Assembly: GCA_039715185.1 (NCBI GenBank)
Contig: JBDLIA010000004.1
Location: 4,503 to 68,502, forward strand
DNA length: 64,000 bases
Direction of reading: 5' to 3'
Source of the DNA: Gemmatimonadota bacterium
Lineage (GTDB): Bacteria > Gemmatimonadota > Gemmatimonadetes > Longimicrobiales > RSA9
In this document: in pieces, positions 49,805 through 60,121 of the stretch
Position numbering within the stretch: the first letter of the stretch is position 1
Layout: each line of letters starts with the position of its first letter
Translations under genes and position numbers: made by a program
Notes under the pieces: generated by a model
Databases searched by the model: none
What the model saw: the letters and a program-made list of their open reading frames with translations, nothing else
What the model was told of the DNA's origin: nothing

Positions 49805-50580
49805 TCCTGGCGATCGACGTGGGCAATACGGACATCGCGTGCGGCCTGTACGCTGGCTCGGAGCGAAGAGACGCGTGGCGCCTGGCGACGGGCGCCCTGC
49901 GCAGCGCCGACGAGATGGCTCTGCTGATCTCGACCATGCTCCAGCACCGGGGGTTCGAGCCGAGCGCCATCCACGCGGCCTCGATCGGGTCCGTGGTGCC
50001 TCGCGTGACGGGTCCCCTTGGTGAGGCCTGCACGGTCCTGTTTCAGGTGGAGCCGCTGGTCGTGGACGCGACCACTCCGCTGCCCATCACGTTGGATGTG
50101 GACGAGCCGTTGACGGTGGGTGCCGACCGCATCGTCAACACGCTCGCGGTCGCCCAGCGCTTCGGCGAGGACACGATCGTCGTCGACCTCGGCACCGCCA
50201 CGACCTACGACTGCATCACCCGCGCTGGCGTGTTCATCGGCGGCGTGATCGCGCCCGGGGTGCAGACCAGCGCGGACGCGCTGGGGAAGAGCGCGGCCAA
50301 GCTGCCCAGGTTCGAGCCCGTGCGTCCGGAGCGGGTCATCGGGCGCCGCACCGAATCGTGCCTGGCCAGCGGCCTGTTCTGGGGAGCCGTCGATGCCATC
50401 GACGGAATCGTGGTCCGGATCCGCGAGGAGTGGGGCCGGGAGGAAGTTCTGACCATCGCGACCGGCGGACTCGCCACCGCCATCGCTCCCGCGTGTCGCA
50501 CGGTGTCCCGCGTCGAGCCGTGGCTCACGCTCGAAGGGTTGGCGCTCGCCTACGAACACGCGCGCGGGAAGGCCCGGTAG
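49801..50580 (+). CDS. coaX: type III pantothenate kinase
   Basis: ATG 49801 overlaps the birA stop. Motifs are MILAIDVGNTDI, VGADRIVN, VVDLGTATTYD and GGLA. Confidence 0.9.
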   Translation: MILAIDVGNTDIACGLYAGSERRDAWRLATGALRSADEMALLISTMLQHRGFEPSAIHAASIGSVVPRVTGPLGEACTVLFQVEPLVVDATTPLPITLDVDEPLTVGADRIVNTLAVAQRFGEDTIVVDLGTATTYDCITRAGVFIGGVIAPGVQTSADALGKSAAKLPRFEPVRPERVIGRRTESCLASGLFWGAVDAIDGIVVRIREEWGREEVLTIATGGLATAIAPACRTVSRVEPWLTLEGLALAYEHARGKAR

Positions 50581-50701
50581 GGCAGTTTGGCAGCATCCGG
50601 GCGAGCCTCCGTCGTCCGGACACGTTCCAAGGGGCCACAATCTGCCACCCTGACAGGTGTTTCGGGCACGGCGTATGCTTCGGCGTAACATCGGCGGGGC
50701 G

Positions 50702-50729
50702 CTTGACATAGGTCGAGTGCCCTCTACAT
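50702..50729 (+). promoter_or_regulatory. sigma70-type promoter for groES-groEL
   Basis: TTGACA (50702-07), 16 nt, TACATT (50724-29), immediately upstream of the CIRCE element. Confidence 0.6.
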
Positions 50730-50741
50730 TGCCGATGCGTT

Positions 50742-50768
50742 GTTAGCAGTCGCGACCGGTGAGTGCTA
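50742..50768 (+). promoter_or_regulatory. CIRCE operator (HrcA binding site)
   Basis: TTAGCAGTC-N9-GAGTGCTAA compared with the consensus TTAGCACTC-N9-GAGTGCTAA, one mismatch. It lies between the promoter and the groES RBS. Confidence 0.9.
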
Positions 50769-50830
50769 ACGGCCGTTCGGCCAAGTCGGATGTGTCACCT
50801 TTTCAACCAGGCATAGGGAGGACCAGGGAC

Positions 50831-52829
<1,999 letters not shown>

Positions 52830-52860
52830 GAGGGTTCAGGCTTCACGCCGGGAGGAAAAG

Positions 52861-52892
52861 CGGGGGTCGGCCCAAAGGCCGGCCCCCGTTTT
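52861..52892. terminator. bidirectional intrinsic terminator between groEL and the convergent lipoprotein gene
   Basis: CGGGGGTCGGCC (52861-72) pairs with GGCCGGCCCCCG (52877-88), with one G-U pair. It is flanked by AAAA upstream and TTTT (52889-92) downstream. Confidence 0.8.
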
Positions 52893-52898
52893 CAGTAT

Positions 52899-53594
52899 CT
52901 AGCCGCGCACGTCCCGGAGGTCGTCGCGCAGGTCCCGGCCGACCCGGCTCGCGGCGGCGTCGACCATGCCGTCCACGGCTCGCTCCAGGTCCTCCACCGT
53001 GACGTAATGCAGCGTAGCGGCCGTTACGACTCCGCCGAGGTCGGCGTGGACGCGGGGGGTGAGCCGGTCCCAGGCGTGCACGCTGCGCCGCCAGAGCTCG
53101 ATTCCGTCCGCATCGAAGAGGTATACGTCGGCCTCCAGAAAGGCGCTGGCAGATGCGTCATCCGCGCGGATGCCGTACCGGCGGACGTCCAGCTCCAGGA
53201 GAAAATCCGCCCCAGCCGCCCCGGTGGTGGGCCTCGTACCGAGGGAGCGACCGACCCGGGCTCCCAGGCGCTCTGAAAGTCGACTCGCGATGTCGAATTC
53301 CGACGCGGCCTGGCGGAGCCGCGTCGCGGCCCGCCGGGCCTCCACCTCGCGCGCGACACCTCCGCCAGTCTCGAGAATCACGTCGAGCAGCTCGTCATCC
53401 GAGTCGTGCTTTACGCCGGTAGTGCGCACCACGGCAGACGCGGGCGCGTACGCCTCAACGGCAAGGGTTCCGCCGGCGAAATCACGCTCATCGAGCCTGT
53501 GACCGCCTCCGCAGGCGACCAGCAGGAACGGCAGCATGCCTGCGAGCGCGCGCGTAGGCACGCGAGTATCGAGTATCGGAAGCCTGTATCGCAT
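52899..53594 (-). CDS. hypothetical lipoprotein
   Basis: 231 aa with GGGGGGAGGG 6 nt upstream of the ATG and a signal peptide with a lipobox (MLPFLLVAC). I recognise no family. Confidence 0.55.
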   Translation of the reverse strand: MRYRLPILDTRVPTRALAGMLPFLLVACGGGHRLDERDFAGGTLAVEAYAPASAVVRTTGVKHDSDDELLDVILETGGGVAREVEARRAATRLRQAASEFDIASRLSERLGARVGRSLGTRPTTGAAGADFLLELDVRRYGIRADDASASAFLEADVYLFDADGIELWRRSVHAWDRLTPRVHADLGGVVTAATLHYVTVEDLERAVDGMVDAAASRVGRDLRDDLRDVRG

Positions 53595-53709
53595 GGGATC
53601 CCTCCCCCCTTATGTCCCACGAACGTGGCCGGGTCGCCCGTCGTGGACGCCCCGTGAGGAGAGGGTATTGGTGCGTGTACTACAGCGCGCCCGCCGCGCG
53701 GGTTCCGGC

Positions 53710-55515
53710 TCAGCCCGCGGCAGACTCCAACCACGCGTCGATGTGCCGCTCGAGAACGCTCAAGGGCACGGCGCCGTTCTCCAGCACCCGGTCGTGGAAG
53801 ACACGGATGTCGAAGTCGTCGCCCAGGCGGTCCTCCGCGCGCCGGCGCAGCTCTTCGATCTTCAGCTTGCCGACCATGTAGCCCAGGGCCTGGCCCGGCC
53901 AGACTATGTAGCGGTCGATCTCCACGGCGATGTCGTGCTCCGCCTTGCCGCTGTTCTCGGCGAAGAAGTCGATGGCCTGCTGGCGCGTCCAGCCGAACGA
54001 GTGCATGCCGGTGTCCACCACCAGGCGTACGGCGCGCCACATCTGGTAGCTGAGCTGGCCGTAGCGCGAGTAGGGGTCCTGGTAGAAGCCCATGTCGTAG
54101 CCGAGGGTCTCGGCGTACAGCCCCCACCCCTCCACGAAAGCGTTGTAGGGGACGTGCCGGCGGAATTCGGGCATGTCGGACAACTCCTGCGCGATGGAGA
54201 TCTGCAGGTGGTGGCCGGGCACCGCCTCGTGCAGCGACAGCGCCTCCATCTCCCATTTGGGCCGCGCCGGCAGGTTGTAAGTGTTGGCGTAGAACCACGC
54301 CGGGCGCCCCGAGGCGTGGGCGCCGCTGTTGTAGTAGGCGGTCGTGCTCGTCGGCGCCGAGAAGTCCGGAATCGCCTTCACGCCATAGGGCATGCGGGGC
54401 AGGATTCCGAACAGCGGGACCAGCTCCGGATCGGCCCGCTTGGAGATGTCCCGATAGCCTGCCAGCAGCTCCTCCGCGGTTTGGTAGTAGAAGCGGGGAT
54501 CGGTCTGCAGGAAGTGGGTGAAGTCCTGGAACGTCCCTTCGAAGCCGCTGTCCTCGATCACCTCTTCCATCGCGGCGCGGATGCGCGCGACCTCGGCCAG
54601 GCCCAGCTCGTGGATCTGGCGCGGCGTCATGTCCGTCGTCGTGAAAGTGCGCACCTTCTGCGCATACCATCCGGGACCACCCGGCACGTCGCTGAGGCCG
54701 ATGGTCTCACGCGTCGCCGGGCCGTAGTCATCGCGCAGGAAAGCCTCCAGCTCCGTGAACGCCGGGCGCAGGTGCTCCCGGTACGCCGACTCCGCCGCCG
54801 CCAGGAGGCGTCGGCGGTCGGTCTCGTCGATCGACTCGGGGATCTCCGTGAAGGCCACCATCAGCGGGCTGGATAGCGCCTCGTCCGGCGCCAGGTCGGT
54901 AACCTGCTGCGGCACCGCCGTGAAGGCGACCGCCGGGAGCGCTACTCCCGCGCGGAGATCCGTGCGTAGAGACTCCATCGCGCCGTGGATGGTGGCCCCG
55001 ACGCCGCGCACGCGCGCGACGATCGCTTCGTAGTCGGCCACGGTTCGGCGCGGCATGGAGCGGAGCGTTCGCGACACGGAGTGGTGCACCCCGTCCATCT
55101 GGGTGATGGACGTGTATCCATAGCTCGAGAGCACCGACACGCGCTCGGTCAACGGCGCCGCGAGGAGGGTCGTCGCGAAATCCTCGAAGACGTCGTAATG
55201 AATCCGGTTGCCCGGCTCGAGGCCGTCTCTCTCGATCGTCCGCAGGTCGACCAACGCCGCTTCCATGAGCGCGCGCAAGGCCGTCGCACCTTCAGGCGAT
55301 CTGTCGCGCCACTCGGTCTGATAGTCGGGATATCCGACCTCGGTGGCCCACTCGGGATCGAGCCGCATCAGATCGTCCCAGGTGGACGCCAGCAGGGTCC
55401 GCAGCTCGGAGTCGGGGTCCGGTTCCTGAGCGCGCAGCGCCGCGCCGCCCAGAAGGAGGAAGGCGGCCAGGACGACGCCGATGATCCGGCTGCTGGGTTT
55501 ACCTGTCGAACGCAT
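53710..55515 (-). CDS. DUF885-family protein (secreted, metallopeptidase-like HExxH)
   Basis: ATG 55515 gives the signal peptide MRSTGKPSSRIIGVVLAAFLLLGGAALRAQ. The DUF885 signature is LHEAVPGHHLQ...FVEGWGLYAE. Confidence 0.8.
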   Translation of the reverse strand: MRSTGKPSSRIIGVVLAAFLLLGGAALRAQEPDPDSELRTLLASTWDDLMRLDPEWATEVGYPDYQTEWRDRSPEGATALRALMEAALVDLRTIERDGLEPGNRIHYDVFEDFATTLLAAPLTERVSVLSSYGYTSITQMDGVHHSVSRTLRSMPRRTVADYEAIVARVRGVGATIHGAMESLRTDLRAGVALPAVAFTAVPQQVTDLAPDEALSSPLMVAFTEIPESIDETDRRRLLAAAESAYREHLRPAFTELEAFLRDDYGPATRETIGLSDVPGGPGWYAQKVRTFTTTDMTPRQIHELGLAEVARIRAAMEEVIEDSGFEGTFQDFTHFLQTDPRFYYQTAEELLAGYRDISKRADPELVPLFGILPRMPYGVKAIPDFSAPTSTTAYYNSGAHASGRPAWFYANTYNLPARPKWEMEALSLHEAVPGHHLQISIAQELSDMPEFRRHVPYNAFVEGWGLYAETLGYDMGFYQDPYSRYGQLSYQMWRAVRLVVDTGMHSFGWTRQQAIDFFAENSGKAEHDIAVEIDRYIVWPGQALGYMVGKLKIEELRRRAEDRLGDDFDIRVFHDRVLENGAVPLSVLERHIDAWLESAAG

Positions 55516-55728
55516 CGTGGCGACTCCGGTCCAATGGTCGGGCCAGCTCCGGCAAGACGCCAACGTTGACGCGCGGCGCCCCACGGGGCAATGTGGTTCG
55601 GACGCAACATCAGGTTCCCCAGGCCTGACTCCCCGCTGGTCGATGGCCCTCGCAACGCCCCGGTTCGCCGGGTCCGTATTCACGCCACGAGATCCCGATT
55701 TCCAATCTTCCAATCAGGGAGAAGAGAA

Positions 55729-56970
55729 ATGACGGCACTCGAACGCGCGCTGCCGCGCCCGCTCGCCACGCTGCTGGTACTAGCCGTAGTCGCTTCCGCC
55801 GCGCCTCTCCGGGCGCAGGACCCTCCCAAGCCGACGCTTGCGGGGCAGAAGGAGGCTGCAGATTCCGCCGAGGCGGAGGCACCGGCCTACTACATGATGA
55901 GCGGCTTCGTCGTGACCGCCGACCGACGCCCCGCCCGCAGCTTGATCGCCACCGGCAGGACCAGCGCGGGCTCGAACTCCGTCGCGGTCCGCTCGGATGG
56001 GACGTTCACCATTATCGTGCCGGCGGGCGACGGCCCGGTCGAGCTCATCGTGGACGCCGCCGACAAGACGAACCGCTGGTACTTCCCCGCCTGGGTGTCC
56101 GTGCGGGAGTCGAGGGTCAAGCGCAAGCAAGGCTTCGTGCTGGTACCGCGGGCGTGGCAGATCCCGGCGGGAAGGTACGCGGAGCAGTGGGTCGAGGTGA
56201 ACCTCGACAAGTCCTTCGAACGGATAAGCCCGACGCGGTCGGAGTCCTTCTTCATGTGGCAGATCGACGGAAGCCTCGATGCCAAGTCCCGAGATCGACC
56301 CAACAGTTGGGGCCTGGAATCGCTTCCCATCCCCGTCGTTTTTGACCGCACGCGGTCCGCTGCGACGATCGAGCCGGTCGATTCGACCAAATTCTGGAAC
56401 GTTCTCGATTCAATGGAGGAGGACTTCGGCCTGGACCTGTTCGTTCCATTCAGGGCCGAGGAACTCGCAGTAGATGACGAGGAGGAGAGGTCGGCGGATG
56501 AGGATCCGATAGTGGGGGATGACGAGGAAGATAGGCGCTCGGCCACCAGTCGAGCGTACGACGAGGCCGTCAGTGACAGCACCGGTGTGGCAGGTGTCGG
56601 CCGGCTCATCCGCGTGTGGGTTCCAGATGAGTTGAACCGTAGCACACTCGGCATGGCGAGCCGGCGCATGGATCAGGGTAAGATGAGCCGCGGCTGGGTC
56701 ATGATCGCCAGGCGCCGGTGGTTCCGCGATCACGTGATCGTCAAGCACGAGTTCATGCACGCCCTCGGCTTCGGCCATACCTGCGCGTGGCCGTCCGCGG
56801 TGACCGGCCCCATGTGCTACAACATCGCGCTCGACAAGGCTTCGGAGTTCGACGTGGCACACGTGCAGCTCAGCCTGAACATCAACGCGCTGCAGCGAAG
56901 GACCGGCGCGCGCTACGGGGTCGTGGCCGCGTGGAACGGCCAGAAACGCGTAATGACGAGCACGCCGTGA
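55729..56970 (+). CDS. secreted zinc metalloprotease with a metzincin-type motif
   Basis: ATG 55729 follows AGGGAGAAGAG. It has a signal peptide (LATLLVLAVVASAAPLRAQ) and an N-terminal carboxypeptidase-regulatory-like beta domain. An acidic linker follows, then HEFMHALGFGH (HExxHxxGxxH) with a downstream Met (GPMCY). Confidence 0.65.
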   Translation: MTALERALPRPLATLLVLAVVASAAPLRAQDPPKPTLAGQKEAADSAEAEAPAYYMMSGFVVTADRRPARSLIATGRTSAGSNSVAVRSDGTFTIIVPAGDGPVELIVDAADKTNRWYFPAWVSVRESRVKRKQGFVLVPRAWQIPAGRYAEQWVEVNLDKSFERISPTRSESFFMWQIDGSLDAKSRDRPNSWGLESLPIPVVFDRTRSAATIEPVDSTKFWNVLDSMEEDFGLDLFVPFRAEELAVDDEEERSADEDPIVGDDEEDRRSATSRAYDEAVSDSTGVAGVGRLIRVWVPDELNRSTLGMASRRMDQGKMSRGWVMIARRRWFRDHVIVKHEFMHALGFGHTCAWPSAVTGPMCYNIALDKASEFDVAHVQLSLNINALQRRTGARYGVVAAWNGQKRVMTSTP

Positions 56971-56994
56971 GCGATCGCGAAGGGGCCCGCCGCC

Positions 56995-57023
56995 TTGACG
57001 GTCCGAGGGCGCCCGGCTAGCCT
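56995..57023 (+). promoter_or_regulatory. sigma70-type promoter for thrS
   Basis: TTGACG (56995-57000), 17 nt, TAGCCT (57018-23). Confidence 0.55.
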
Positions 57024-57029
57024 ACCCAC

Positions 57030-57113
57030 ATGACGATGTCGAGCGCTTTTCCGGTGACCCGCGCGACCCCGGTACCCCAGCGGGGGGCCGGCGCCGGGAG
57101 GCACGCGGCCTGA
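57030..57113 (+). CDS. speculative leaderless 27-codon uORF in the thrS leader
   Basis: The ATG begins 6 nt after the -10 hexamer. The product is MTMSSAFPVTRATPVPQRGAGAGRHAA. Its stop lies in the loop of a leader hairpin about 25 nt before the leader terminator. There is no independent coding evidence. Confidence 0.2.
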   Translation: MTMSSAFPVTRATPVPQRGAGAGRHAA

Positions 57114-57136
57114 GCCGCGGAGCGCTCGACCGGAGG

Positions 57137-57167
57137 CGGCCGCCCGGGAAGCCGGGCGGCCGTTTTT
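57137..57167 (+). terminator. intrinsic terminator inside the thrS 5' leader (putative attenuator)
   Basis: CGGCCGCCCGG (57137-47), a GAAG loop, CCGGGCGGCCG (57152-62), then TTTTT (57163-67). It ends about 55 nt upstream of the thrS ATG. Confidence 0.7.
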
Positions 57168-57222
57168 CATCCGGCGCGCGTCGGATTCGGGCGCGCGCTG
57201 CACGAAGCCCGACCAAGACAGG

Positions 57223-59184
57223 ATGACGGTGAGCACGGACAGCATTCGCGTGACCCTGCCCGACGGGTCGGAGATGGAGATGCCGCGCGGCACGACCCCG
57301 CTGGAGGTGGCCGAGCGCATCGGGCCGCGGCTGGCCAAGGCGGCGCTGGTGGCGGTGGCGGGTGGGGAGGTCATCGACCTGTCGCGTCCCCTGGAGCGGG
57401 ACGTGGAGCTCAAGATCATCACCGAGGGCAGCCAGGACGGCCTCGGGGTGCTGCGCCATTCGGCGGCGCACATCCTCGCCACCGCAGTGCGCGACGTTCG
57501 GCCGGGCGCGGGCATCGGCTTCGGCCCGCCCATAGAGGACGGCTTCTACTACGACTTCGAGGTGGACGAGCCGTTCACGCCGGACGAGCTCGAGCGTATC
57601 GAGGAACGCATGCGAGGCGTCGCCAAGCGTGGCGACGTATTCGAGCGTCGGATCGTGTCGATAGAAGAGGCGCGAGACCTGTTCGCCGATGATCCGCTGA
57701 AGCTCGAGCGCCTGGAGGAGTTCGGCGAAGACGACGTGATCACCGTCTATACGAACGGTCCCTTCATCGACCTGTGCCGGGGTCCGCACGTGCCGGGCAC
57801 GGGCAGGGTCAAGCACTTCAAGCTGCTGTCCACGGCGGGCGCGTACTGGAGGGGCGACGAAAAGCGCCAGATGCTCCAGCGCATCTACGGGACCGCGTGG
57901 TTCAGCGACAAGGACCTGGCGGCACACCTCGAGCGACTGGAGGAAGCGAAGCGCCGGGACCACCGCAGGCTGGGCCGGGAGCTCGGGCTGTTCAGCGTGC
58001 ACGAGGAGGTGGGACCGGGTCTCATCCACTGGCACCCCAAGGGCGGTCTGATTCGCCACACGGTGGAGGAGTTCCTCAAGTCGACGCTCTTGGAGCACGG
58101 CTATGATCTGGTCTACACGCCGCACATTTCCAGCGAGGCGCTGTTCGAACGGAGCGGCCACCTGCCGACGTTCGAGGACAACATGTTCGGGCCCATGGAG
58201 GTGGACGACCGACGCTACCGGGCGAAGCCCATGAACTGCCCCAGCCACATCCTGATCTACGCGTCGGAGAGGAGGTCGTACCGGGACCTGCCGATCCGGT
58301 ACGCGGAGCTCGGCACCTGCTACCGCTACGAGCGCAGCGGGGTGCTGCACGGGATGATGCGGGTGCGGGGCTTCACGCAGGACGACGCGCACATCTTCTG
58401 CACGCCCGACCAGGTCGAAGGGGAGTTTCACCTCCTCCTGGACCTCGTCGAGGTCCTGCTGAGCACCTTCGGTTACAGCTACCGGCTGTTCCTGGCGACG
58501 CGGCCGGAGAAGGCCATCGGGGATCCAGCGGTCTACGACGGCGCGACCGAGCGGATCCGTGCCGTGCTGGAACAGCGAGGCGCGGAGTACCAAGTGGACG
58601 AGGGCGGCGGCGCGTTCTACGGGCCGAAGCTCGACGTGGTGCTGGTGGACGCGCTCGGCCGCGGCTGGCAGGGCCCGACCCTGCAGGTGGACTTCAACCT
58701 CCCCGAGAGGTTCGAGCTGGAGTACGTCGGCCAGGACAACGCGCCGCACCGGCCAGCGATGCTCCATCGCACGTTGCTGGGCTCCATGGAGCGGTTCATC
58801 GGCGGCCTGATCGAGCACTTCGCGGGCGCTTTCCCGCTCTGGCTGGCCCCCGAGCAGGTGCGCGTGCTGCCCATCAACGACGAGCTGGTCGATTCGGCCC
58901 GGGACCTCGTGGAGGCGCTGAAGCAGAAACGCATCCGCGCGAGCCTGGACGACCGCTCCGAAACCCTGGGCTACCGTATCCGCGACGCAGAAACCCACAA
59001 GCTGCCCTACATGGCCATCATCGGCGGGAGAGAGGCCGAGGCCGGAACCGTGGCCGTGCGGGCGCGCGGGGCGGACGCCAAGCAGGTGGTGACGGGCCGC
59101 GACGAATTCGCCGACGCGTTGGCCCAGGAGATCGCCGAAAAGAGGCTCCCACCGGGCTTCACCCAGGGGGGCGAAATCGGTTGA
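57223..59184 (+). CDS. thrS: threonyl-tRNA synthetase
   Basis: 653 aa with a TGS domain (IRVTLPDGSEMEMPRGTTPLEVAERI), an editing domain (HSAAHILA), the class II core (FRYERSGVLHGMMRVRGFTQDDAHIF) and an anticodon-binding domain. Confidence 0.97.
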   Translation: MTVSTDSIRVTLPDGSEMEMPRGTTPLEVAERIGPRLAKAALVAVAGGEVIDLSRPLERDVELKIITEGSQDGLGVLRHSAAHILATAVRDVRPGAGIGFGPPIEDGFYYDFEVDEPFTPDELERIEERMRGVAKRGDVFERRIVSIEEARDLFADDPLKLERLEEFGEDDVITVYTNGPFIDLCRGPHVPGTGRVKHFKLLSTAGAYWRGDEKRQMLQRIYGTAWFSDKDLAAHLERLEEAKRRDHRRLGRELGLFSVHEEVGPGLIHWHPKGGLIRHTVEEFLKSTLLEHGYDLVYTPHISSEALFERSGHLPTFEDNMFGPMEVDDRRYRAKPMNCPSHILIYASERRSYRDLPIRYAELGTCYRYERSGVLHGMMRVRGFTQDDAHIFCTPDQVEGEFHLLLDLVEVLLSTFGYSYRLFLATRPEKAIGDPAVYDGATERIRAVLEQRGAEYQVDEGGGAFYGPKLDVVLVDALGRGWQGPTLQVDFNLPERFELEYVGQDNAPHRPAMLHRTLLGSMERFIGGLIEHFAGAFPLWLAPEQVRVLPINDELVDSARDLVEALKQKRIRASLDDRSETLGYRIRDAETHKLPYMAIIGGREAEAGTVAVRARGADAKQVVTGRDEFADALAQEIAEKRLPPGFTQGGEIG

Positions 59185-59209
59185 CACGTTCGCGCTCCCG
59201 GGCTAGCTT
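59181..59209 (+). promoter_or_regulatory. sigma70-type promoter for infC-rpmI-rplT, overlapping the thrS stop codon
   Basis: TTGACA (59181-86; the thrS TGA is 59182-84), 17 nt, TAGCTT (59204-09). Confidence 0.55.
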
Positions 59210-59330
59210 GGCGGCGTGAAATAACGCAAAGCGGGGGCGGTGCGTCCGCCCTCCACCCATCGGTCCGCGATCGCGGCACTGCCGGGTTCCACGCACGACC
59301 GTTCCCCCAAGGGGGGCGGATCGCTGGTTT

Positions 59331-59356
59331 GGACCCGTGATCGCGGGTCCTTTTTT
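59331..59356 (+). terminator. intrinsic terminator in the infC leader (putative attenuator)
   Basis: GGACCCG (59331-37), a 6-nt loop, CGGGTCC (59344-50), then TTTTTT (59351-56). It ends 13 nt before the infC Shine-Dalgarno. Confidence 0.7.
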
Positions 59357-59381
59357 GTTGTCGCATGTTGGAGGTGTTCCC

Positions 59382-59897
59382 ATCGCCGTAGACAAAAGAA
59401 CTCGGGTCAACGACCAGATCCGGATCAGCCCCGTGCGCGTCGTGGACGAGAACGGGGAGCAGTTGGGAATTCTCGGCCTCGATGAGGCGAAGACCGCGGC
59501 TTCGGACCGTGGCCTCGACCTGGTGGAGGTCGCACCCATGGCACGGCCGCCGGTCTGCCGGATCATGGATTACGGCAAGTTCAAGTACGAGGAGGCGCGC
59601 AAGGCGCGGGAGGCGCGCAAGAAGCAGCACACGACGCACGTGAAGGAGGTGAAGTTCCGCCCCGGAATCGAGGAGCACGATTTCGCCTTCAAGGTGCGCC
59701 ACGCGCGGCGCTTCCTCACGGAGGGAGACAAGGTCAAGGCGACGATGATGTTTCGGGGGCGGCAGATGGCGCACCCCGAGATCGGGCGGGAGGTCCTCGA
59801 TAGAGTGGCCGACGCGGTGGAAGACCTGGGCAAGGTTGAGAGCGCCCCATCGATGGAAGGGCGCTTCATGATCATGATTCTCGCGCCCCGAAAGTAG
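59382..59897 (+). CDS. infC: translation initiation factor IF-3, probable non-canonical ATC start
   Basis: GGAGG (59370-74) lies 7 nt before in-frame ATC 59382. The product (M)[30 protein letters not shown] aligns with IF-3 N-termini. The track start GTG 59337 lies inside the terminator hairpin with no SD. Confidence 0.85.
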   Translation: MAVDKRTRVNDQIRISPVRVVDENGEQLGILGLDEAKTAASDRGLDLVEVAPMARPPVCRIMDYGKFKYEEARKAREARKKQHTTHVKEVKFRPGIEEHDFAFKVRHARRFLTEGDKVKATMMFRGRQMAHPEIGREVLDRVADAVEDLGKVESAPSMEGRFMIMILAPRK

Positions 59898-59920
59898 CGG
59901 GCGGGGACGGAGGAGTCGGG

Positions 59921-60118
59921 ATGCCGAAGATGAAGTCGAACCGAGCCGCCGCGAAGCGCTTCAGGCGGACGGCCACGGGTAAGTTGAAGCGGAACAAGGC
60001 TTTCAAGAGCCACATCCTTACCAAGAAGAGCCCCAAGCGGAAGCGGCAGCTGCGCGGTTCCACCATGGTGTCGGCGGCCGACAAGAAACGTGTGAACCGG
60101 CTGCTGGGAGGGAAGTAG
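59921..60118 (+). CDS. rpmI: 50S ribosomal protein L35
   Basis: 65 aa, [37 protein letters not shown]. Confidence 0.95.
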   Translation: MPKMKSNRAAAKRFRRTATGKLKRNKAFKSHILTKKSPKRKRQLRGSTMVSAADKKRVNRLLGGK

Positions 60119-60121
60119 ATC

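Noticed and set aside
57030-57170. A canonical T-box riboswitch upstream of thrS
   Set aside because: I could not find the conserved T-box sequence (AGGGTGGTACCGCG-like) or a UGGN bulge. The candidate antiterminator bulge reads AGGCACG, and the leader is only about 140 nt. I kept it as an unclassified attenuator instead. cmscan would settle this.
57022-59187. A 721-aa - strand ORF antisense to thrS
   Set aside because: thrS on the + strand is certain. The antisense frame is an artefact of GC3-rich codons.
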